Shown here: positions 9,793 through 19,295 of the stretch, one piece after another
Layout: the number at the start of each line of letters is the position of its first letter
Numbering within the stretch: the first letter of the stretch is position 1
IMG/VR virus record: IMGVR_UViG_3300044658_000141
Coordinates: 39,077 to 103,076 of that record
Strand: one strand, 5' to 3'
DNA from: a virus
DNA length: 64,000 bases
Position numbers and translations under genes: made by a program
The notes under the pieces: generated by a model
The model's database searches: none
The model's input: the letters and a program-made list of their open reading frames with translations, nothing else
Told to the model about the DNA's origin: nothing

Positions 9793-10316
9793 ATTTCATC
9801 GGACTCTTTCAACTGTTCTAGTTTCTGGAGTAATAACTCTTTTGCGCCGCCAACATCGATAGAACCAGAGTGTTCCACTTGTTGCTTGTCTCGAAATTCA
9901 GGAAGTCTCGCCTTTAATAACAAACTGAGCAAGGAATCGCTGTATACCCGCTCCATCAATGGCTTCTCAACCTCTTTGCCGTTTTCCCTGACTGTCACAA
10001 AAACTTGACGACCCATTGAGACTACCGGGCGTTCTGTCCCTTTTACACCACGCTCCCACGCAGCGGCGAAAAGCAGATCATTCGCTTCCTGGTTGGCAAT
10101 GTTAAAGCGCATCGAGAACGAGTCGTCATGCTCCTGCCAATACCAAACGGTGCTTCTGTCAACCCCTGCTGCCATACACGCCGCTCGTATATTGGCAGTC
10201 ATAGACAACGTTTTAAGGAACTTCTCTTGTATGGCTTCCCGCTCGGCTTTTGTAAGATGTTGCCCTGGTCTACGCATTGCACGTGGTGGTATAGGATTGT
10301 TGGATTGTTTAGGCAT
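9789..10316 (-). CDS. terS: Terminase small subunit
   Basis: HTH (ACMAAGVDRSTVWYW) and YSDSLLSLLLKA..PEFRD motif; overlaps the terL start (ATGA). Confidence 0.75.
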   Translation of the reverse strand: MPKQSNNPIPPRAMRRPGQHLTKAEREAIQEKFLKTLSMTANIRAACMAAGVDRSTVWYWQEHDDSFSMRFNIANQEANDLLFAAAWERGVKGTERPVVSMGRQVFVTVRENGKEVEKPLMERVYSDSLLSLLLKARLPEFRDKQQVEHSGSIDVGGAKELLLQKLEQLKESDEI

Positions 10317-11370
10317 GTGCCGCCTCCTCAACCCGTTCGAGTAGTGTGGCTTTACTGAGGATGTGAGTATAGATGTGTTCTGCTATAGCTTGCATAAAAC
10401 GTGGAGGAACACAGTTACCCATACGCTCTACAGCATTTTTTCTTTCACCAGGAAATTGAAATGCATCGGGGAAAGAGGCAATTCGTTTTATTTCACCAAC
10501 ACTCAAGTACCGTTCTCGATCAGGATGAATGAGTCCAGTTGTTGCAATTTCACTTTTCACCAGAGTGCAAGCACATTTATCCCAAGAGAGTAATTTTGTG
10601 TTTCTGGCGCCGCCAGTTCCACCTTTGTATTTTTGGAAAGCTTTCTCTGCATAGGCAGTATTATAGTTACCTGCTCTCATTTCTCTGCATGCTTTCCTCA
10701 ACCAATCCGGTAATGTAGGTGCAACCGTATCTTCAATACCCTCAAACGCAAGACGCACCGAAATAGGTCGCGTTTGTGGATCAGGGTAGGTAGGTTCTAT
10801 ATGCAAGTCATTATGCACACCAATAAAGATAACTCTCTCTCTCGCCTGCGGTACTCCAAAATAACTCATGTCAATTAAGCGACATTTGACCCAATAACCG
10901 CTTTCTTTCAACTCCCTCATGATCACAGCAAAGATATGCTTCTTATCTCCTTTAACCATACCGCTAACATTTTCCATTACAAATGTTTTAGGTTTAAGCC
11001 CACGTAACAATCGAACATATTCACGAAAAAGGTTATTACGAGGATCATCTATTTGTCTCTTACCTGCATCTGAGAAGCCCTGACAGGGTGGCGAGCCATC
11101 AAAGATATCTAATTGTCCCGGTTTCAATCCTGTAAGTTCTAACAACTCTTCAGCAGTAACCGTCTTGATATCTCTATGAAGTACAAGAGTTCCATCATGA
11201 TTAAGTCTATAAGTTGATACAGCATTATCATCCCACTCCACAGCCGCTAGTACTTTACCTCCAGCCCACTTATAGCCGAGTGATGAGCCACCACAACCTG
11301 CAAAAGTCGTTATCACGTTGAACTTATATGGCCCCGGTGGATTGATTGGCTTGTTCACAAAGTCAAGCAT
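10309..11370 (-). CDS. dcm: DNA (cytosine-5)-methyltransferase
   Basis: Motifs FAGCGG, GSPPCQGFS, ENV, Q.RER and GNCVPP; start coupled to the upstream stop (TAATG). Confidence 0.93.
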   Translation of the reverse strand: MLDFVNKPINPPGPYKFNVITTFAGCGGSSLGYKWAGGKVLAAVEWDDNAVSTYRLNHDGTLVLHRDIKTVTAEELLELTGLKPGQLDIFDGSPPCQGFSDAGKRQIDDPRNNLFREYVRLLRGLKPKTFVMENVSGMVKGDKKHIFAVIMRELKESGYWVKCRLIDMSYFGVPQARERVIFIGVHNDLHIEPTYPDPQTRPISVRLAFEGIEDTVAPTLPDWLRKACREMRAGNYNTAYAEKAFQKYKGGTGGARNTKLLSWDKCACTLVKSEIATTGLIHPDRERYLSVGEIKRIASFPDAFQFPGERKNAVERMGNCVPPRFMQAIAEHIYTHILSKATLLERVEEAAHA

Positions 11371-11981
11371 TACTTCTTGCCCTTCCCTGACTTCAAGCAC
11401 AACTTTCCGCACTGATCACACATCTCTGTATCCAGATCATCAGCAATAGACTCATCATACTCTTTGAAAGTGACTGATTTATCCTCTTTGTTCTCATCAC
11501 TTCCCAGATACTCATCACCCAACGCCTCCAACATCTGCCGCAGCGTCTCATCATCAGTACCGAGACTTGCCAGATCGTACCCGGCGTCTTGTTGCTCTTG
11601 CAAAAGCTGTGCGAGCAAAGTCTCATCATCGCTCGCGTGTTGAGCATGGTTGTTATCTGCAATGAGGTATGCCTCACATTCGATCATGGGCCAGGAGGAA
11701 GGAATCAGGTCACATCTCAGACTGCCTAGCTTTTCATAGTAGGAGGCATGAGCATTTACGAGTTCCTGAGCGGCAAGAACAATACCATGACCGGCGATAA
11801 TAGTATAAGAGCCATCACCATTCTCTTTTGCTACAATCGAACGTACTTGACCAAAACGTTCTAGTGAGGCTTTAAGCATCTTTAATTGCTCAGGAGGATG
11901 GCTTCGGTAGTTTCTTGCATGAGGATAGAGAGAAACTAGCGGTAACATAATATTCTTTTGTACGGGCTCAAGTTCACTCAT
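11370..11981 (-). CDS. ParB/Srx-like N-terminal domain protein (phage, methylase-associated)
   Basis: L.PHARNYRSH...SLERFGQ...IIAGHG...YLIADN. Confidence 0.75.
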   Translation of the reverse strand: MSELEPVQKNIMLPLVSLYPHARNYRSHPPEQLKMLKASLERFGQVRSIVAKENGDGSYTIIAGHGIVLAAQELVNAHASYYEKLGSLRCDLIPSSWPMIECEAYLIADNNHAQHASDDETLLAQLLQEQQDAGYDLASLGTDDETLRQMLEALGDEYLGSDENKEDKSVTFKEYDESIADDLDTEMCDQCGKLCLKSGKGKK

Positions 11982-12197
11982 CTCACTTCTCATCCTCACG
12001 TCTCGGCATCATAGCCATCGCACCCGGCATCTGCACGCCATGCACCAACGCATACTGTATCGTTACCAACATCACATCGAAGCACACACACGTCCTCACA
12101 ATCCTTGGAGGCAACAATCGACGCCAGATACCACACCTCGGCTCGCCCACATGTATCGGCGCATGGCAGATTGAACATCGTCCAATTAGCTTGCTAT

Positions 12198-12419
12198 TCA
12201 ATCATCACCTCTGAGGATGTCAATTTGCCTGCACGTATGCGCAGGATGGTAAGAGAGAACACGAACAACTAGACCTGCAAGGCAAATCACGCCAGCAACT
12301 GTTAAGAGTATAAGCGACAAAATAGAAAAATGGTTGAATAACATGACCACAATGGTAGTTAAGGTAAATACAAGCAGAGAAAATTTAGGATCGGATACAA
12401 AACTACTTATCGTCGGCAT
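12198..12419 (-). CDS. Small two-TM membrane protein
   Basis: AGGAG RBS; two hydrophobic segments. Confidence 0.55.
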   Translation of the reverse strand: MPTISSFVSDPKFSLLVFTLTTIVVMLFNHFSILSLILLTVAGVICLAGLVVRVLSYHPAHTCRQIDILRGDD

Positions 12420-12533
12420 AATAAATTCTCCTACTGTTTGTGTTGGCGCGTGGTTGCAGTGTTTGTCTGAGATGTGTGTTGGAAGGCACCTCAACATAAC
12501 TGATACTTCGCGGCTACCCGTGCCACGCGCAAA

Positions 12534-12581
12534 CAAAAAAAGCCATGAGTGTGGCTCAAGGCTCGTAATCAAAATATAGCA
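12534..12581 (-). promoter_or_regulatory. Extended -10 promoter plus GAGCC-TT-GAGCCA hairpin/U-tract leader
   Basis: Minus strand TGCTATATT...GAGCCTTGAGCCACACTCATGGCTTTTTTT, at the head of the packaging/head operon. Confidence 0.55.
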
Positions 12582-12598
12582 TACTTTGGCCGCTAGCG

Positions 12599-12889
12599 CT
12601 ATCCTACTCGTTTTGACCGCTGAAGGTCTGCCAGGTCCGTCTCCAGATCCAACGCCGCCTTTCTCAATCTCGTCAACTGTGTCTGCAGTGCCTGCTCATC
12701 ACCGCACGCCAGCTCGCGCCACGCTTGGAGCAATGTCATCATGCTGCACGAGCTGATCGTATCATGGCGGCGACAGAGCACGGTGAGCACTGGCTTGCCA
12801 GATTTATCATAGCCGATTTCGCCGATTTTGTGTGGATGATCTCTATCAAGGACGCAGTTGACTGGCAACATCTTTGACTTGTTATTCAC
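12599..12889 (-). CDS. Hypothetical protein (Cys/His motifs)
   Basis: Coupled ORF in operon; no family recognised. Confidence 0.5.
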   Translation of the reverse strand: MNNKSKMLPVNCVLDRDHPHKIGEIGYDKSGKPVLTVLCRRHDTISSCSMMTLLQAWRELACGDEQALQTQLTRLRKAALDLETDLADLQRSKRVG

Positions 12890-13233
12890 AGCGCTTGCTC
12901 CACATTCTGCATCTCTTCCCTGCTAGCCATCTCCTCCAGCATCAGCCGAACATCATCCACAGATCGACACGAGCCCAGACCAACAAACACATTGGCCAAC
13001 GTCTGTTGTACAGGATCTGGCATGCTCCTCTCTACAAAGCGTACATAAGACCGATGACAACGACAAAGAGGTGTCATTTCCAGCGAATCGACCCCGCCAG
13101 AGGAGAGCAAATGAAACATTTTTACCCCTCCGCAGAGAAGATGATAGAGATAGACAGCAGAACAATCAGCAATGAGTAGGTTTTCGTCGTCGGCCCAGAT
13201 GCGCGTTATTCCCTCGTTGAAAAGGTGCTTCAT
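12886..13233 (-). CDS. Hypothetical protein
   Basis: Overlapping start/stop coupling with both neighbours. Confidence 0.5.
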   Translation of the reverse strand: MKHLFNEGITRIWADDENLLIADCSAVYLYHLLCGGVKMFHLLSSGGVDSLEMTPLCRCHRSYVRFVERSMPDPVQQTLANVFVGLGSCRSVDDVRLMLEEMASREEMQNVEQAL

Positions 13234-13778
13234 GGCATCTGCTCCTGTTCCTGCGTACGTACCCGCCGTCGAGATGGAGGAGTGAGAAGCTGAGTAAGCA
13301 TCTCAGTCTGCTTGCAAAGTTCCTGATAGTGCACTTCGAGCATTTTACTCTGTCGGAGCAGTTCTTTGTCCTGTGCTTGAAGATGCTTAACAATATGCTC
13401 TATATCATGAAATGACCTTTGAGTTGTCTTGAACATTTCATCAGCTTGTATTTCTGCTTTTCTACCCAATACATTCTGACCAACAGCAAGAACTGGTAGC
13501 ATGGTTAGCTGGATGAACGTTTGTGATACCCATATTACATATATTGCAACAAGAGGGCCAAGCCATTGTGCAAACGCAGGAAAGCCAAGGATCGCGAGAC
13601 AGGCAAATGCATAAGCAGTCCACATCGTCCCGGTCATCCTAGTTATAATCACGGCAATCTTCTGATTAAATCCGGCTTGCTGACATTCTTCGTTATGAAT
13701 TATGTTAGGATTTTTTGGCACATGTGGATGATGAGGATGCCAGTAAATGACATTTTGTTCAAGCTCTTCTTTTGGCAC
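13230..13778 (-). CDS. DUF1003-like membrane protein
   Basis: FNQKIAV..T...GTMWTAY.F...W.SQTFIQL..LPVL.VGQN pattern; two TM segments plus coiled coil. Confidence 0.6.
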   Translation of the reverse strand: MPKEELEQNVIYWHPHHPHVPKNPNIIHNEECQQAGFNQKIAVIITRMTGTMWTAYAFACLAILGFPAFAQWLGPLVAIYVIWVSQTFIQLTMLPVLAVGQNVLGRKAEIQADEMFKTTQRSFHDIEHIVKHLQAQDKELLRQSKMLEVHYQELCKQTEMLTQLLTPPSRRRVRTQEQEQMP

Positions 13779-14099
13779 GGCTCACCTCATTTCTGCTCGT
13801 GCGACTCTCTTAAAATAGCTTCAGCTTCGTCCAACACGTCACGCTCATTGAGCGATGTTTCCTTAAGATGACCATACCCCCACCATCTCACAAATTGCTG
13901 ACATTCCCACTGACTATGATAGAACGGATTCACATAGTATCCACAGCCTGTGCACTCTATGCGTACGCATTCGCCTTGCGTCTGACAGAACAGTTCAAGT
14001 GCTCTCTGGCTCTGGACCATAATGATCATGCCTGGCGGCAATATATATTTTCCACAAGATGGACAAGTGGATAATATTCTCCTCATATCGCATTCTCCG

Positions 14100-15179
14100 C
14101 TATTTCCCGACCATCGCTGCATATTTGGCCAACGTGCTTTGATTTGCCGCATTTTGCAGATCGCTTGTAAACACCAGAATAGCAACAGCGCCATTGTTAA
14201 TCGCTGTAGACAAATCCGCATCAAGTTTATCCCCGCTAGTTCCTGTATCATTTCTCTGCTCCGCCAATATTGGCCAGCCCTTTGGCAAAACTGAAAAACT
14301 GCTTGGTAGTCCCTGCCCAGCAATAAGCCCGTTATCCTGAATCCAAATGTTTCTATTGTTGAGTTTAGCAATATAATTGATGACATCTTGCTCCTTCAGC
14401 GATCCGCCAAGAAAAGAAGCGTCAGGCATCAGTGCAAGAGGAGTTTTTGTGAAATTCGCTGCGTACATGGTCACAATCTGCTGAATGGTGTTGAACCAGA
14501 CCTGATCAGAATAGCCGATCGCCTGCCAGAGCTTAAGCATATTCGGATTCTTCATCGTGTCCACTTTCGTTTCGCCACCATCTCCTACGCCAATTTCTAT
14601 GCAAGTAATATTCGGATTGTCATCATAGCGGACGGCAAAAGCATGGATAAAATCAGCGAGTGAGGCCAGGAAGTGTGGGTTCCAGTACTGCGGTTTGATC
14701 GCTCCGTCTGTTTCCGTGACGTGCTGGACGCCCTGATCAAATACCCATTGCGGGGTGCCCTGCTTGCTGTTTTGCTCAGGCTGCCATTTGGCCCACCCAG
14801 CGGTAGAAATGCGAAGGATAACGGATTTACCGGCTTTTATCCACGGCTGCATATCATTATCGATCAGTGACCAGTTGAATTGTCCGCCTTGTGGCTCCAA
14901 CTGTGACCAATAATATGTGAGTGCTGTCCCGGCGACATTTGGATTATCTACAAAAAGCGAGGTCTTTGCCATGTTGTTAAAAGCAAAGATGCCACGGAAA
15001 CCAGTAGTTGCAGGCGGTGTAACTGGAGGTGGTGTGACAGGTGGAGTAGGGATCACGCCAGCATCTTGTTGAAGTTGTGTCAGGTTCGATTGAATTTTGT
15101 TATAGAGATCTAGCACATTAGCAGCGGTATCAACGTGGATAATTTCCCAGGTACCATCAGGCATACGTGTAAGGTCCAT
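14100..15179 (-). CDS. Glycoside hydrolase (GH-A clan, beta-galactosidase GH35/GH42-like TIM barrel) with Pro-rich N-terminal linker
   Basis: WSQLEPQGGQFNWSLID, VILRI, TPQWV, PQYWNP.F and RYDDNP...GDGGE motifs. Confidence 0.7.
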   Translation of the reverse strand: MDLTRMPDGTWEIIHVDTAANVLDLYNKIQSNLTQLQQDAGVIPTPPVTPPPVTPPATTGFRGIFAFNNMAKTSLFVDNPNVAGTALTYYWSQLEPQGGQFNWSLIDNDMQPWIKAGKSVILRISTAGWAKWQPEQNSKQGTPQWVFDQGVQHVTETDGAIKPQYWNPHFLASLADFIHAFAVRYDDNPNITCIEIGVGDGGETKVDTMKNPNMLKLWQAIGYSDQVWFNTIQQIVTMYAANFTKTPLALMPDASFLGGSLKEQDVINYIAKLNNRNIWIQDNGLIAGQGLPSSFSVLPKGWPILAEQRNDTGTSGDKLDADLSTAINNGAVAILVFTSDLQNAANQSTLAKYAAMVGK

Positions 15180-15183
15180 CCTT

Positions 15184-15495
15184 CTATTCTCCCCGAAGCC
15201 AAGAAATATGGCAATCGCCAAACTCTTCCAGAAAATCAATCATCTGCCGCAAGCTACGATAAATTTGCACTTGCAAATGGTTTGTATCGATATGCACATG
15301 ACCGCTCGGAAACAAAACGCCATAGGCTTCATGGCGCGCAAAACCTCGCAGTTGCTTTTTGCGATTGTCGAAGACCACATGGAACAGTCCATATGCTGGT
15401 ACCTCCTCCTCTGACACATCCACCACGACACGATCGAGAAACATGTCACGGTTAATTGGCAAAATCGTGATTTTCGGGTCTGCTTCTCTGGTCAT
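15184..15495 (-). CDS. Hypothetical protein
   Basis: GGGGAG RBS; in operon. Confidence 0.5.
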   Translation of the reverse strand: MTREADPKITILPINRDMFLDRVVVDVSEEEVPAYGLFHVVFDNRKKQLRGFARHEAYGVLFPSGHVHIDTNHLQVQIYRSLRQMIDFLEEFGDCHISWLRGE

Positions 15496-16049
15496 AGTCT
15501 CCCCTCACAGATTAATTAAAACAGGCATAGCATGCAAATACAATATCGCTAATCCAGTAACACACAAAACAAACACGGCGATCGCTATAATGCCCAGCCA
15601 GAACTCCTCTTTTGAACTCATCGCCGCACAGCCAGAATGCTTACCAGAATGACAAGAGCTGCCGTGATGCCAATCGCGAACCGCCAAGCAGCCTCTCCAA
15701 TCACCGCTCCACGCGCGAGCAGGACAAACCAAAAATCGAGAATCATGAGCAACTGCACCGCACAGGCCAATGATTTCCATCCGGGTTTCATCCATCGCGG
15801 CTCCGTGCAGACATGCCGTTTCTGTTGTCGTCCTTGTGGACCTGGATAGCCCCATACTGTCATATCACTTCTCGCTGCTATTGCACAAAAATTGACATGC
15901 TCCCCATGTCTAAAGACAGGGGCTTCTCACAATCACGCACCGGGTCTTATGCTCTCTCCACAGGCAGCCACCGCTTGTCCAGCGGCCAGAATGTTGTTTA
16001 ATCGAGGAAAAGCGCTTAGGCGTCGTCTGTCTTTGTGGCAACACGCCGC

Positions 16050-16265
16050 TCAACTCCTTGCTCGCAGCAGCAAAACCACTAGTACAAGGACTTCCAGCGA
16101 CAGAACGAGCCCAATCAGCCAGCAGCTATATCCTATTCCTGGCACCATCGTCATAAATTGGCAAATCAGGACCAATGCAAACAGACCAAGGATCAACCAC
16201 TCCAATACCCGATTTCGTGGTGCATCCCAGCAAGGCGTTGTCGCTGCATAACGATAGCGCGCCAT
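16050..16265 (-). CDS. Small two-TM membrane protein
   Basis: AGGAG RBS; hydrophobic; first gene behind the 42-nt leader element. Confidence 0.55.
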   Translation of the reverse strand: MARYRYAATTPCWDAPRNRVLEWLILGLFALVLICQFMTMVPGIGYSCWLIGLVLSLEVLVLVVLLLRARS

Positions 16266-16289
16266 GTCACGACTCCTACTATCAAAACA

Positions 16290-16360
16290 AAAAGGCACCG
16301 ATCTCCCATAAAAAGAGATCGATGCCCGATGATTGGCCGCAGCCCTCTAGTTCAGCATCT
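16290..16360 (-). ncRNA. Copy 1 of 42-nt conserved leader/sRNA plus intrinsic terminator
   Basis: 16319-16360 is the exact reverse complement of 50449-50490; followed by hairpin GGCATCGATCTC/GAGATCGGTGCC and a U-tract. Confidence 0.65.
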
Positions 16361-16405
16361 ATGCAGGAGTTTCGTCCCTGCTCGAACGGATAGATAGCAC
16401 TATCA

Positions 16406-16828
16406 TTATTTCTTTGCTGGTCTCTTCCGATGTTTCTTGAGCCTCGGCAAGATCGCCTCGATGAAACCGTTCACCAGAAGCAGACATGCCTCACCAGTTC
16501 CATGATCATAACTGCGCACAAGAGCCACCGCCTCACCTATATCTTTTGCTTCCGAGACCGATAGTTGCACGCGCGTCATTTTACTGGTATCAATAGCAGG
16601 AAGAGCAGCGTCCGTATCGCAACAAAACATACTACAAGCCCACCTTCTCGTATGCTTTGTATAAGCATAGCAGATAAGCGGGCCATTTTCAATTGTGCCA
16701 GCGTGTACCATATTTTGATGTTCATTCACAACCCATCGCTCCACTTCTGCCGCCAACTCATCATACCGTTGCTGATCCGCACTCTTTTCCTGATTGCCGC
16801 TAAACAGATTACCTAAGAAACTCATCAT
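16406..16828 (-). CDS. Hypothetical protein
   Basis: AAAGGA RBS; 140 aa. Confidence 0.55.
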   Translation of the reverse strand: MMSFLGNLFSGNQEKSADQQRYDELAAEVERWVVNEHQNMVHAGTIENGPLICYAYTKHTRRWACSMFCCDTDAALPAIDTSKMTRVQLSVSEAKDIGEAVALVRSYDHGTGEACLLLVNGFIEAILPRLKKHRKRPAKK

Positions 16829-16856
16829 CTTATCCTTTCACTTTGCTGTTCAACTC

Positions 16857-17152
16857 TCAGCCCATCGGCCTGCACTTACTTACCAGTTGCCCGAATAGCC
16901 GAAATCAAATTCCTCATCTCCCCAAATGTCGTTTTCAACCTGCTGCCTGGCTTCCCGCTCGGCAGACACCCTGTGCCAGATCGCGCCAAAGTCTATACGC
17001 GGTATAGGTTTTCCTTCTGCATGAGCCTGTAGCTGCATCTGCGTAAATGGAGAGATCTCTCCATTTAGTGCCATCTCCTGATCAGCCTGCTCTACTAACA
17101 AATCGAATTCGTCCATGTCTTTGTCCTTTCATCAGCCCATCGGCTTGCACTT
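16857..17152. repeat. 21-bp direct repeat pair in successive intergenic spacers
   Basis: TCAGCCCATCGGC(C/T)TGCACTT at 16857-16877 and 17132-17152, each just upstream of an RBS on the minus strand. Confidence 0.75.
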
Positions 17153-17652
17153 GCCACGCATCACACTGACGAGTGGCAAAGACCAACCGACAAACTACTC
17201 TTCGTCAGAACTAGAACCGCCCAATACACTGCGCACACCACGATTGAAAGCCACCCAGTTGCCTTCATAGCCATTGTTGATATGCCACCTGCGTAACGCC
17301 TCATCGTTGATGTCTTCCCCGCCTTGTTCCTTCCACGCATCTCCAAATTCCTGGCCTTCGCTATAGGCCACAGCAGCATCAATGTTATCCTTAATCCAAT
17401 CAAACAATTTCATCGCTTTGCTCTCCTTTTCTTTGTTAACTTCTTTGGCGCTTTCCCAGTGAAGAACGCCTTTAACTTTGCCCCAAGAGGCTGTTCGTAA
17501 ATCGTCGCTTCCCGTTCACGTTTGGTGCGTGGTTTGCGTGGTTTCGCCTGCACACTCTTTGCTGGTAGGTCTGGCATCGCAGTAGCAGGTTTTCGCGTTG
17601 GTTGCGCAGGCTGCGTGGTACCAACACGTTTGAAAGTATAGTCAGAGTGCAT
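16880..17652 (-). CDS. Three small hypothetical genes (16880-17116, 17195-17413, 17410-17652)
   Basis: Each has an RBS; two acidic, one basic; downstream of parR. Confidence 0.5.
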
Positions 17653-17666
17653 CGTGCTGCTCCCAT

Positions 17667-17963
17667 TCAGTCAGGCCAGGCATCATCAGCATCGGCAGCA
17701 TTAGACATCGCATCAGAGAACTCTTCTCCAACCGTATCATTCTCCAATACCGGATCTTGAGCATCAGCCTTTTGTGATGAGACACTCATATTTAACAGGC
17801 CATTCCGCTTTAGCTGGTAATACTCACTCAGCCGTATTCCAGCGATAGTAGGAAGTTGCTTAGTATTGTGCTCTTCGGCATCTGCAAGTAACGCTTTGTG
17901 CGTCTCAGAATTGCGAAGTATGCCTATCGTGAGATAGACATACTTCTTGTTGTCCCTTGCCAT
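17667..17963 (-). CDS. ParR-like centromere-binding adaptor
   Basis: Small protein with beta-strand/helix (RHH-like) N-terminus and acidic tail, directly after parM; GAGGTG RBS. Confidence 0.55.
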   Translation of the reverse strand: MARDNKKYVYLTIGILRNSETHKALLADAEEHNTKQLPTIAGIRLSEYYQLKRNGLLNMSVSSQKADAQDPVLENDTVGEEFSDAMSNAADADDAWPD

Positions 17964-17975
17964 ATCGCACCTCTC

Positions 17976-19025
17976 CTATGCAATGCGCAGACGCTGTAAT
18001 TGCTGCTCTGCAAACACAGCATACCCATAAGCATTGGCTTCTTCAGGATGTGCAATAAATTGCAGGTTGGGAATCCGACTATGAAGTTGATCATAAAAGT
18101 AGTAGGCCCCGCCGCCGATGCACAAGACCGAGGAGAAACTACTGGCAACTTCACTACCCGTCTCAGACTCGCTCCAGGTCGAAGAGACAAATGAGGCAAT
18201 CTCATTGCCGATTTGACGCAGTGCGTCTTTTGTCAAACTCTCTAAATCAGTAACTTCTTCACCACGTGCTTTGATGACAGGGTACTCTGTTTGATGAGCA
18301 TACGCCCGCAAGATTCTGCGTATCTCCTGACCTTTCAGAGGACGATTGTATTTCTTCTGAAAATTAGAACTGAGCAAATCACCGGCAATTTCAACACCCA
18401 AAGGCCTGCCTGCGCACATATGCCGCTGAGGGGTCTGGCCTTCAGCAACAAACAGATCTGTCGTGCGCCCTCCAATATCAATAACCCCTTGCACCGTTTT
18501 ATCACGAGAGCCAAAAGCAATAGCGGCCCCGGCCCCTTCCATGATGACACGCTCCACTTTCACATGGATCGTACGAATCGTTCCATTGACGGCAAACACA
18601 TGAACGCCTTCAAGAGCGTTCTTAATTTTCTTGCGGCTGTCAGGGTCACCCAGGTAGGTTTGCACCGGTAATCCGGTGACGACATTCAGACCAAACTCAG
18701 CGTCAGGGACCAGAGAAGAAGCCACAGTGAGAAGCAAAATCAAAGATTTCTCACTCCAGTACCGGCTAATATCTCCTCGCCCACTAAATGACATGTTCGA
18801 TTGAGTCAGCGCCAAGTTCCCAACGTACAGCTCAGTATCGCTATGCCTACTCTTGAAGACATAATCATTCGGCTTGAGAACGATCCCCAGCTTGGCTAAG
18901 TCCTCAAGGCTTCCTCCCTGTGCGGTGACGCTGGGAACGGTTTTAGAAATCTTTTGATTGCGAACAATCATCGTTCCACAGGTCTCCGCGTTGCCAAAGT
19001 CGTGTCCGTACGCATACGTTTGCAT
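17976..19025 (-). CDS. parM: ParM/StbA actin-like partition ATPase
   Basis: GHDFGN phosphate-1, VVTGLP, IMEGAGA, IDIGGRTTD phosphate-2, IGGGA and ANAYGY motifs. Confidence 0.9.
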   Translation of the reverse strand: MQTYAYGHDFGNAETCGTMIVRNQKISKTVPSVTAQGGSLEDLAKLGIVLKPNDYVFKSRHSDTELYVGNLALTQSNMSFSGRGDISRYWSEKSLILLLTVASSLVPDAEFGLNVVTGLPVQTYLGDPDSRKKIKNALEGVHVFAVNGTIRTIHVKVERVIMEGAGAAIAFGSRDKTVQGVIDIGGRTTDLFVAEGQTPQRHMCAGRPLGVEIAGDLLSSNFQKKYNRPLKGQEIRRILRAYAHQTEYPVIKARGEEVTDLESLTKDALRQIGNEIASFVSSTWSESETGSEVASSFSSVLCIGGGAYYFYDQLHSRIPNLQFIAHPEEANAYGYAVFAEQQLQRLRIA

Positions 19026-19041
19026 GTGTTCTCTTCCTTTA

Positions 19042-19208
19042 CTAACAAGTGCTGTATTTTTACTGCCTATTTACAGCGCTCGTCAAACTGAGAATAAGTA
19101 TACCTGATAAATCCGTAAAAGTACAGCTTTTTCAGAGTAAATTTGCAGCATTTTTAGCAGCACCAACAAATCTGCTAACAAGTGCTGTATTTTTGCTGCC
19201 TATTTACA
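19042..19208. repeat. 34-bp direct repeat, parC-like centromere/operator candidate
   Basis: CTAACAAGTGCTGTATTTTT(A/G)CTGCCTATTTACA at 19042-19075 and 19175-19208 (1 mismatch), with short CAGC+T-tract units between; upstream of parM. Confidence 0.7.
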
Positions 19209-19295
19209 AAACCTCGCACGCTCAAGCGCTTCTTTTTGACTGGCTGAGCTTGTGCTTGCTGTTCCATCAATGTTGCCATGACTACAAATCCTTTC

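Noticed and set aside
16361-16400. Hammerhead ribozyme (GGACGAAAC on minus strand)
   Set aside because: No CTGATGA core found at a suitable position.
19042-19208. CRISPR mini-array
   Set aside because: 99-bp gap between repeats is too long; the position fits a parC/operator.
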